Below are positions 1 to 9,758 of a DNA stretch of 64,000 bases, one piece after another. The translations under genes and the position numbers were made by a program. Under the pieces are notes generated by a model. That model saw only the letters and a list, made by a program, of their open reading frames with translations. It ran no database searches and was not told the origin of the DNA. Every line of letters starts with the position of its first letter. The first letter of the stretch is position 1. Source of the DNA: Schizochytrium sp. TIO01 (lineage: Eukaryota > Protista > Bigyra: Labyrinthulomycetes); assembly GCA_004764695.1 (NCBI GenBank), contig SMSO01000036.1, positions 558,001 to 622,000 of the forward strand, in the 5' to 3' direction.

Positions 1-1728
1 CCAACGTCAGCTGCGAACAAGGATTTCGTGGGATTCAAAATCCCGGCCAAGTCGCAGCAGGGACCCAGACGCAGCAGTTCACAGGATGACAATGTATCTC
101 CACAACACAGCCCTGTGCCGCCGCCCTCTCAGCCACCCATGCAATTATCTCGTGGCAAAAAGAAAAATGGCAGTGTCGTCTCTGAAGGAGTCACGTTGGC
201 ACCACCAGGCCGATCCCCAAGAAGTATGCGTGTTACATTCCAAAAGAATGAAAGCGCAATTGATCAGGAGAATAACCGTGGCCTGAGCAATGGCAAGAAC
301 CCATTCGGATCTGAACAGATCAACGATACAAACATCATAAGCAACGCTTCGTCCCGTGCCCAGCGTCCCAGCAGGGGTCACACACGTTCCCATTCGGACG
401 TTCACGGTGGAAGACAAACCGATGAACCTAGTTCTGGTGCTCGCATTATGTGGCCCCAGTCTTGTGCATCTCCAATGTTTAAGACTGTAGACGAGATGAG
501 AGCAGAGACGCAGGATGATACGCTCTACCTACAGAACGAACCACGCCACAACCGCAGACACGTTCAATATAAAGAAGCAAACCTGAAGGAAGACAGACAA
601 GCAAACCCAAATCGGCGCCGCAAGACAATGCCAGAACTTCCTCTCGCAACTGCTTGTACTGAGCAACCTCACCGCATTTCACAAAATCACCGCCGCTTAA
701 TTCAGCACTCTCGTACCTCTCCACGCAATGGTGCCGTGTATGGCAACAGGAATGTTCTTGGAGCACACCCGTCACTCACACGCACTGCTTCCCTGTCATC
801 CAACTGCCTCCCCCGTCACGATTCATCAGGATCGCATTATATCTCACAACAACAAGTACTTATTGCTGCTTCGCCCGTCAGCATTCAGATGGACCAGGTC
901 AAGGTCAACGCAATTCCATTTGGCCAAGGATCTTTTGGAACGGTACACAAGGCACTTGACATGGTAACTGGGGCTCAATATGCTGTCAAACGCATCAAAA
1001 CAGACGTAAATGAAGACCTCAAGAAACAGTATAAAAAGGAAGTGGAGGTCATGCAGCAACTGCGCCATGATAACATTGTACAATATATCGCTACCCGTGA
1101 CTTCGATGAAGATGGAAGCATGCTTGAAATTTTCCTCGAGTATGTACCTGGTGGAAGCCTGTCTAGCCTCATTAAGGAATACGGCGCACTCTCACCAGCG
1201 CTCATTCAAAAGTACACTCGCCAAATGGTACAAGGAATTCTTTATTTGCACAATAAGTTCGTTATTCATCGTGACATAAAGGGTGGAAACGTCCTCGTCA
1301 CTCTGGACGGCACCTGCAAGCTCGCTGATTTTGGTTGCTCTCGTCTATTGTCTGATATGCAAACAGCAGACCGTGAGGAAACCCTCAAGCGAATTCGTGG
1401 CTCGGTCCCATGGATGGCGCCTGAGGTCGTACGAGAAACACGATACAATCTCCCAGCTGATATTTGGTCACTTGCCGCGACAGTCCTTGAAATGGGCTCC
1501 GGCCAGCGTCCATGGCCAACCATCGATGAACCCATCGCTGCAATCTTTCAAATTGCCACCCATCCGAGTCCTCCAATTCCTGAGAGAGTACCCGTGGAAG
1601 TACGTCGGTTTATGAGCTTTTGTTTTGTATCGGATCCTGACGCACGCCCTACCGCCAGTGATCTCCTTGGTCATCCATTCCTCGCCACAGCAACAGCAAC
1701 ACTGCAGTCCCAAAAATTTTCTTACTGA
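1..1728 (+). CDS. STE11/NPK1-like MAP kinase kinase kinase, 5'-truncated by the window edge
   Basis: The frame is open from base 1. The C-terminal kinase domain has GQGSFG, AVK, IFLEYVPGGSL, HRDIKGGN, KLADFG, GSVPWMAPE and DIWSL. The N-terminus is long and disordered. Confidence 0.93.
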   Translation, partial: PTSAANKDFVGFKIPAKSQQGPRRSSSQDDNVSPQHSPVPPPSQPPMQLSRGKKKNGSVVSEGVTLAPPGRSPRSMRVTFQKNESAIDQENNRGLSNGKNPFGSEQINDTNIISNASSRAQRPSRGHTRSHSDVHGGRQTDEPSSGARIMWPQSCASPMFKTVDEMRAETQDDTLYLQNEPRHNRRHVQYKEANLKEDRQANPNRRRKTMPELPLATACTEQPHRISQNHRRLIQHSRTSPRNGAVYGNRNVLGAHPSLTRTASLSSNCLPRHDSSGSHYISQQQVLIAASPVSIQMDQVKVNAIPFGQGSFGTVHKALDMVTGAQYAVKRIKTDVNEDLKKQYKKEVEVMQQLRHDNIVQYIATRDFDEDGSMLEIFLEYVPGGSLSSLIKEYGALSPALIQKYTRQMVQGILYLHNKFVIHRDIKGGNVLVTLDGTCKLADFGCSRLLSDMQTADREETLKRIRGSVPWMAPEVVRETRYNLPADIWSLAATVLEMGSGQRPWPTIDEPIAAIFQIATHPSPPIPERVPVEVRRFMSFCFVSDPDARPTASDLLGHPFLATATATLQSQKFSY

Positions 1729-4159
1729 GTACAATACCATTTGCAATGACACCCACCATCAACATCTTTGTTTTACGGACAAAATCAATTTGGCCGCATT
1801 TATAGAAGACTATTTGCGTTGCTTTTCCACTCCTGACCAGTATCTTCGCTTCTTGTGATTGAATTAAGCAGCATCTCTTTTCATAACACCCCGCTCGTGT
1901 AAATTTTTAAATGATATCCACACACAAGCCCGTACATACCTGCATCGCTAATTTTTATAATATTTGTTTCACCAAATTTTCATTTATTACTGTAGTTTGT
2001 CTCGCATGGCTGCTTGACATTACGAAACTCAGCGTTAAGGCGTGTTACATAATCGCTTAAAACAAATTGTGCTACAATAGGCTCTCAGGATCTCGAACAA
2101 TATACAAGCGACCATTACTTAGTCACACAGTCTTGAAACTTCATTATGCAAAGACACATGATGTTGGTACTGTAATATCAACAAGAGCCATAGGATGGAG
2201 GGTACAATGTTGAATCATGGAAACATTAGCAGATTAATAACAATAAGAAATGCAGGTAAACAGCTGAAACATCTTTCTTTTCGGGATATATTTAACCTAC
2301 AGAAGAAACATCCAATGCAACGTCCGCAGGAATTTGCAGAGCAGGGTTTTCATCAAGTCATGTCATTTGCTCACAAGCGTCTATTTTTGATCTTGCGAAA
2401 TATACAGACCAGAATTGGTAGTGTAAATGCGATTGTGACAACAGTAATGAGCAAGGCATAGCTAAAGTCCATCTTTCCTAGGCCTTGAAACTTTTCTGCG
2501 TCTTACTTTCGAAGTTTGACAGCGGCAGTAGCAGCAGCAATATCGATCCGCAAGCAGAACAAGTGTTCTTTGTAGTTGCACCCGAACGTCTCTTATCAAT
2601 TAGAGCACACAGATTCAACTTTGAAGGCGATAGGCAAAGTCTTCTATCTTGCCTTATCCCTCCAGCTTGTTATCGACGTGTTGCTAGGTCACTTGAAGAG
2701 AGTTTGGCAGCTGTTAGGGGAACCTTGGTTCTCGCGTGATAGTACTCGAGCCAGGGGAGCGATCTCACGGTGCAGCTATCAAAACCAGTTCTGCTGATGC
2801 AACGCATGGAATTAATGACTTGCTTGGCTAGTATACAATGACTAATATTAATACCACTGCAGCTCTTACCTTTGCTTTTCTGATTCGACATCACGTGGTC
2901 CATGCCGAGTGCTATACATCAAGGAATACACACTCCCCCACTTTCTCCCTATATGACGCATTACATTAAGGATAGAAATTCACATGTCGATATGACCGTT
3001 TCATTTGTACGGAAAGAAACCGGACAAAAAGAAATAAAATTGCAAGGATAACCTTGCGACAAAGATGTAGACAACAGCTTGTCTGAAACTATTTGATCTG
3101 CCAAACGTGTGGAATTTATCCTGATCATACAAGCCGTACTCTGGAACCAGGATGGTTGGGTAAATGTTACTTGTGCTCGTGTTTTGTCTTCGCCACAATT
3201 CTGCTAGTTTCCACTTTCCCGCAAGACTCATCTAGCTTCTAAATTTCCCTCCAAAATCCATACCTCTCGACTTCATTTAATCTTAAGCTCCCATCAAACA
3301 TTGCAAACCAACACACTCTCAACTTTGCCATTCCGTTGTGCAGTATCGTACTCGGTACAAGTACCTAGCTAGAGTGAAACGCCAGCTTTTCTTGGGTGTG
3401 TACTTTATTTCTCGCCTTTCTCAGCGTCGTACCAGGGCACCTCTGCTCTGTTAAAACCCTCGAATATCGTTCACGACTTGACGAATTCTTCAAAGAACCT
3501 TGTTTATAATTGTTCAAACAGCCACTAGGATTCCCGCAAGCCGACCGATTCCAACCTAAACCTAATTCACTTAACGAAAAAATCAAAAAAACATGAAGGT
3601 CACTCGCAACTAGCGACCGTTGCCCACCGCGGCGAGGGTGCAGCGGGACGATTTTTTTCCCGTCTCATTCTAATAGGAGAAAAGAATCAAAGAAGTTATT
3701 CGGAAAAGGGAAAAGAGAAGCCCATCCTGACAGGGGAATTTATAATAATCTATCACATGAGGATACACGCATAGTCACTCATGTGCCTAAATAAGGATTT
3801 TAGTAGCTGCACAGATTGATTTTTAAGTTGATATGAGAAAAGCCGGAGGAGCGACCAGGAAGAGAAACTAAGTATTGTGTTACGAGAATAATATTGTTAT
3901 AAATGAAGTATTTCTGAATAGATCACTTTACAATGTAGCACCACTAAGTGAACTAAAAAAGCTACAAATAATCAATGGAAATAATTGATAGTAGCATAAT
4001 GAAAATTGGTAAGTCAATCAACAACAGAGCTAGCTATCGAGCCCCTGCCAAGCTCAAGTACATCGCAGCAGATGACCCGAGTCTGGGCGGACTTGTGTGG
4101 AACGGTGCTGGGCCTAGAGAGACGCTTATAACTGCGTTGTAAATACTGCCAAGTTGGCA

Positions 4160-6088
4160 ATGGCGGCAAGGGTGGTGGATGGGCTCTTTGTTGGTGACGC
4201 CTTGTCCTCGATGGATGTGAACTTTCTTGTGGCGAACAAGATTGCGAGAGTCGTGAACTGTGCAGCGCTGGAGCTGGAGAACCGCTGGGAAGCACTAGGT
4301 ATTGAATACATGAACTTCCCGTGGATCGCTTCTGATTGCTTTGACATGCTCAATTCCGATGGATCATCCAAAGTGTGGGAATCCGAGGCAGAAGCGAAGG
4401 CCTATGAAGTCGAAGGATGTCCGTGTGTTTGGCTCGGCAAGATCTGCGTTTTCATAGAAGAAGCACTTCAAGAAGGCCTTGGCGTGCTAGTACATTCGCA
4501 AGATGGTACTAATCGTGCGTGTAGCTGCGTTTTAGCATATATGATGAATGTTTACGGATGGAATTTGCACAAATCTGCGTCGTTTATGCAAAGTAAGCGC
4601 CCGGACCTCGTACCGAGCCCTTCGTATAATGAACAACTGCAAAGAGTTAGTGACTGGCTTGAGGTGACCTACCGTGAAGCCGTTCCGCACTCCGAAGAGT
4701 GGGTTACGAGAAAGTTTCGTTCATGGGATATTGCCAATATTGACCTTTTTGCCATCAGCACACGTGCTGAGGAAGAACTCTTGTTGCACAACACATACTT
4801 GAACAGTAGTGTCCGTGAAGACGACACCCCAAGAAACTTACAGGGGGCATCAGCCCCTAATCGACAAACGAGCCACGCTTGGCATACCTCCCAGTCTCCT
4901 TATTTTCCTCATGAACAGTACGATGGTAATAATCATGCACAAGGAGCATCACATACCAGCACACCGCGCAGCAATAGAACAAAAAATACAAAAAATGTCA
5001 CGTGGATTGACTCGGAAGAGATTATTAAACGTGGGCTTCCGGTGATGCGAAGTCCATTCAGTAAACGGGCAGTTCCTGAGCGCCCTCCTGGGCCTTCCTA
5101 TCAGGCGCTTGTTGTCACAGGCCAATGGCTGGAAACAGACCCAGAACACCCTGAAGAGGACCGCGCGAGTCCTGTGCGTTCTTCAGCAAGACGTTCATTA
5201 GAAGAAGATATCAATGCGCTTGGCTCGCCGCCAATTTTGCACTCCGATCTTAGAAGACAAGACTCTTCGCTTTTAATGCCTACTGCCACAGCCCCAAATG
5301 CTGTCTTAGTTCCCACGCAAAACCATGAACCTGAAGCAAAACCGATCCCTGCGCCGCAACTTGAATCGAGAACAGCACATGTGATTACGGCTGCAGACTT
5401 GCATCTAAACCTTGGTAACGTTGATTTGGGCCGCGTACGCTCTGCACTTTTAGCTAAAGGTGTGGCTGAAAATGCTTCGCCACATGCTCTTCGCCCCCCT
5501 TCGCCTCCCCGAAACCCCTCACCCCTGCGCAGGCGCGCAAGGAGGTCCATTGCAAAGGCAGCGGGTGCATCTCCCAAAAAAACATTACCAAAGCACCGCA
5601 AGCCATTGCGTAGTACGCCTCAAAGTCATGGAATTTCCTCTAGAGTTCATTCAGGTACAGACAGGCCAGCCTCTGGAAAATCAGGACGAAAGCAGGCCTC
5701 CATGGCCACAGCCCCTTTACAAAGCTCGAAAGACTCATCAGGCCAAAAGATTGTGCGGAAACGAATCACAACAACGGGGGCAAATCCTTCCAGAACGAAA
5801 ACCACGATGCCTCGAAACGGGGGTAGCTACAGTAGTAGTAATACTGTACGAAGCAAAGTACCCTCCTCCCCATCCTCAATACGCAGAGCCCAGGCTGCAG
5901 AGAATATTCCTGGTCGATCCCAAGCAAAACCATTGGTTAAACAATCATCGAGTGTAATATCGTCGAAGCCTGCGGCATCTAGTGAATGTGGTTCAGCAGC
6001 TTCTAAATCGCGAAATGTGTCAAAGCGTCGTACTAAAGTACAGCAACAGAAAGTATCTCAGGAGAATGCCCTACTTCAAAAACTTTAA
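4160..6088 (+). CDS. Dual-specificity phosphatase-like protein, catalytic Cys replaced by Ser (probable pseudophosphatase), with a long basic disordered tail
   Basis: DSPc features: GLFVGD, IARVVNCA, CVFIEEAL, VLVHSQDGTNRACSCVLAYMM, and SKRPDLVPSPSYNEQL. First ATG is at 4160; the ORF track starts at TTG 4154. Confidence 0.85.
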   Translation: MAARVVDGLFVGDALSSMDVNFLVANKIARVVNCAALELENRWEALGIEYMNFPWIASDCFDMLNSDGSSKVWESEAEAKAYEVEGCPCVWLGKICVFIEEALQEGLGVLVHSQDGTNRACSCVLAYMMNVYGWNLHKSASFMQSKRPDLVPSPSYNEQLQRVSDWLEVTYREAVPHSEEWVTRKFRSWDIANIDLFAISTRAEEELLLHNTYLNSSVREDDTPRNLQGASAPNRQTSHAWHTSQSPYFPHEQYDGNNHAQGASHTSTPRSNRTKNTKNVTWIDSEEIIKRGLPVMRSPFSKRAVPERPPGPSYQALVVTGQWLETDPEHPEEDRASPVRSSARRSLEEDINALGSPPILHSDLRRQDSSLLMPTATAPNAVLVPTQNHEPEAKPIPAPQLESRTAHVITAADLHLNLGNVDLGRVRSALLAKGVAENASPHALRPPSPPRNPSPLRRRARRSIAKAAGASPKKTLPKHRKPLRSTPQSHGISSRVHSGTDRPASGKSGRKQASMATAPLQSSKDSSGQKIVRKRITTTGANPSRTKTTMPRNGGSYSSSNTVRSKVPSSPSSIRRAQAAENIPGRSQAKPLVKQSSSVISSKPAASSECGSAASKSRNVSKRRTKVQQQKVSQENALLQKL

Positions 6089-6671
6089 GTGGTAAATTCT
6101 CAGGTTTTTTCCACTTTGTCAGTGTGAACTTGAGAGTTTTGTAGAACCACATTTCTAGCGAACGAACCAATCCAATGTATAAATCTCAGTTATATTGATC
6201 ATTGAATTTTATAAAATCGCCAACCATATTTACTTATGAAGTCAAGATTATGTTGGACCTTGGCTCTGACAATGACTACCTCTCCTGAAGGTCTCTCTTC
6301 AGTTTATCCTTGAATGTTCCTAGGTTCATCCAACACCGCACTTCATTTCGCTCATACCACCAATATAGTGGTTAAATCGCTCGTTTCCCATCAACTAGAT
6401 AAGAAGCTAGGTACAGTAGAAGCAAGGCACACCAGGAACCCCGGCAAGCAAGAAGAAAGAGATATCTACAGACTCGAGAGAAAAAAATACTACTACCTAG
6501 CCGAACTTTATCCACTTGTGCTATCATGCAGAATTGAATATGTTACAAAAGCACAGGAATCTAAGGATCACATATTATAAGGAGACAGAATTCGTCAATC
6601 AAGCAAACAAGCAAACCTGAGTTCGGGATCTCAACAACGCTGTCCATAACCCGAAGCTTCTTTGCGTCGGG

Positions 6672-8417
6672 ATGATTCGCAGCGGCACTGCAGACGTGGG
6701 CTCTCTGCCAGGCACACCCGTCGCGCTGCGAGGTGCACGATGGCCAGCGCTGGTGTGCGGGTGTTGCTTATTGCTCGTGGCAGGCAACATCTACGCCTTT
6801 GGAGTTTGGAGCGAAGCGCTCTCGTATAGATGGCCTCCTGCGCAGCGAGAACATGCACAGTCTCTCTTGAGCACACTTTATGAATGCATGCTGATTGGTA
6901 CCTACGTGCCGATCTCTGGCTTCTTCTTTCAAAAATACGGCACTTTGAAGACACTCATGGTAGGAGCAGCGCTTAATACATTTGCATATCTGACAATTTT
7001 GTCCCAATTTTTTAGAGACTCTTTGTATGCTCCTGATTTACTTTCGTACGTTGCTTTTTTTATGGTAGGCCACGCCACAAGCTTTATCGACATTGCTATT
7101 ATTGGTAGTAATGTACGGAACTTCTCCTTGCGAAACCGAGGCACGGCGATGGGCATCCTCAAGGGATACTTTGGACTCTCCGGAGGGCTACTTGCAATCT
7201 TACATGAAACGGGTCTGACAACGCGTCAGTTTCTCTCAGTGGTAGGGCCAGTCGGTTCATTTATTGTTATGGCGTGTATGCCATGGGTCTACTCGTCGAC
7301 ATCACTAATGGAGCAAGAACCAGCTGCACTGTGGAAGCTGAACTATATCCTCACTGTTGAGGTTACCATTGCATTGCTGCTGTTCTTCTTCTCTGTCACG
7401 ATGCCTGGATCTTCTTCTACGGCAGCGACCATTCTACTTGTGCTAGTATTGCTGATTTTTTCTCTTAGTTTTATGCCTCAGCGTGCGTTATCGCTTTCAC
7501 GTAAACTCAAAAATCATCACGGTGCGGAGACCATGCAAGATAATCCATCGATCGAATCAGTTTCTGACGACATTTCGCAATTTTCGTATCAGCGCACCTC
7601 GCCTGCGCCCTCGTTGTCACAAACCGAGCATGAAAATGAAACCTCGGAACTGCTTCGAGTTGAGGCTTCTTCGTCAACATGTGAGACAAGCTCACTACAA
7701 CTAGATGCAAATGATCAGCGAATATTAGATTCCAATGATGATGCGTATCACATGACTGTTTCTGAAGCAATGCAGTCCGGGCGCTTTTGGTTACTTTTTT
7801 GGATGTTATTGATTCTCATGGGCTCCGGCCTCTTTATTGTAGGAAATGCTGCGCGTATTATCAAATCGAAGGGTGGCGATGATAACCAGGTATCGGCGCT
7901 TGTATCTGTAATTTCAGTATCTAATTGTCTTGGCCGTGTGGGCATTGGTTACCTTGCGGACCACCCTGTCCTTGACCGCTTTAATATTGATCGTACACAG
8001 CTCCTTTCAGCAAATCTCCTCATTATGGCTATGGCACAAGTTTTGTTTGCAATACTTCCTCTTCGTGCACTACCTCTCGCTGCAATATTAGGAGGGATGT
8101 CCTATGGTGCTTCATGGACGCTAGATCCAACAATTCTAGCTGATATCTGCGGCGTGGAATATTTTGGGATGTTATACGCCCTTGTTGGTTTTGCTCCCAC
8201 ATTTGGTTCCATCATTTTTTCCAACATTCTGTCAACCTATGTCTACGAGCATCATGCTACTGAAAACCCTGTTACCCATCAGGATGAATGTTTTGGTAAC
8301 CAATGTTTTGGGCTTGCGCATTGGATCACAGCGGCGGCATGCTTCATTGCTGCTTGCACGGCTGGCCCTTTACTTACACGGCTCCACTCCAGAGCAAAAG
8401 CTGCACGACTTAATTAG
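6672..8417 (+). CDS. Nodulin-like/NFD4/Mch1-type major facilitator superfamily transporter
   Basis: About 12 hydrophobic helices in two halves with a central loop. Family motifs GNIYAFGVWS, NVRNFSLRNRGTAMGILKGYFGLSGG, FWLLF, NCLGRVGIGYLAD and CFGNQCF. Confidence 0.9.
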   Translation: MIRSGTADVGSLPGTPVALRGARWPALVCGCCLLLVAGNIYAFGVWSEALSYRWPPAQREHAQSLLSTLYECMLIGTYVPISGFFFQKYGTLKTLMVGAALNTFAYLTILSQFFRDSLYAPDLLSYVAFFMVGHATSFIDIAIIGSNVRNFSLRNRGTAMGILKGYFGLSGGLLAILHETGLTTRQFLSVVGPVGSFIVMACMPWVYSSTSLMEQEPAALWKLNYILTVEVTIALLLFFFSVTMPGSSSTAATILLVLVLLIFSLSFMPQRALSLSRKLKNHHGAETMQDNPSIESVSDDISQFSYQRTSPAPSLSQTEHENETSELLRVEASSSTCETSSLQLDANDQRILDSNDDAYHMTVSEAMQSGRFWLLFWMLLILMGSGLFIVGNAARIIKSKGGDDNQVSALVSVISVSNCLGRVGIGYLADHPVLDRFNIDRTQLLSANLLIMAMAQVLFAILPLRALPLAAILGGMSYGASWTLDPTILADICGVEYFGMLYALVGFAPTFGSIIFSNILSTYVYEHHATENPVTHQDECFGNQCFGLAHWITAAACFIAACTAGPLLTRLHSRAKAARLN

Positions 8418-9758
8418 CTTGTAATAAACAGAAAATAGATGTTGTTCTCCAGTCTGAAACTTTGAGAAAATAGATTCGTTGTAACAAAACCTCGCCACCT
8501 TTTCTGAGTAGGTAGGTACCTACAACCTAGATATTATCTTTTCCAATATTGCTCAGCTCCATTGGTTTGCCTTGCACTAGCCATCAATTCTTTCATTCCG
8601 AATAATAGCATTCGAGACTGCATGTACCATAGGAATTGCGCTCGAATCCATAAATTCGATAACTACATACTATTGCCGAGCTGTTTTGTAGTGAGACGCT
8701 GGTGTCCGCACACCGCCACTACGCAATGCCTTGATCCCTCGCTGGGCCGATCATTGATGACTTGCAAATGCTTCAAGCCCGCACAAGGTTGCTACTTGCA
8801 CTAGTCTGAAAGAACATGCTCAGTATCCCGAAAGAGTTAAGTACACACGGTTACCAATTAGCTGAAAATATCGATATCGTTTCTAGAGTCCCCCACGAGT
8901 GTTGCTGGTCTTTTCGTGCAGGCTTTGAGGGGACGATCGAAGAAACAATCAGGCCTGCGACCGTTCCGACGCAATGGCTACAGTGTTTTATGCTACAGTA
9001 CCCATTCGCATGCCTCCCCTGAGCACAAACACGTAAAACACCTGGCAATACGGAATTTGCAATCTCGTCAGGACCATCCCCAATACAGTCATATTGCTTT
9101 GATTTTAAGGTTTATTTTTTTAATTTAGCAGACAAGTTACTAGGTAAGTAAGTACTTGGTAACTATGAAATAATAAATAATACCGATTGGCAGCAGTGTA
9201 TTATTACACATTCTCTACACTAAACAACTCCTAAACAACTCTTCTCTTGTTAATAATCATATTGGATGTTAATTTTGTGTACAACTTGAAAAATACTGGA
9301 CACTCTCACACACCCCGAGTGAGGCAAGAAACAGCCAGGCACGTGCCAGAGCCGTCCTTCACGATCCTTTTCATAACTATGGTTCTCTGGTTGTTTGGCA
9401 TAGCTCGTGTGAAGCTGCAGGCAAATGAATGGTCTCGAGATGAGTGCTGGGTACAACACGGCTCCTTCCGCTGGCAAAAAAAAACACCGGTGTGTCTTCG
9501 GTATTTAGAGCAATCGCGCCACGCAGTATTATATCAGGGAAGAGCAGTGCGCAAGTGTGGCATGCCATATTTTAACTAGCAATAACGTTAGGAGCATTTA
9601 ATGTTGACATGGTTGTCTTTCGTGTCCAAAGTAGGTAGGTAAGTTGTGCAACTAACTACAGCAAGAGATCAAGGCTAGCAGCGGTAAAAACCATGAGATC
9701 CACATATTGAATTAACCAGAATACTATAGTTTTGGGCCACAGCAGTTCCCAAACTCGG

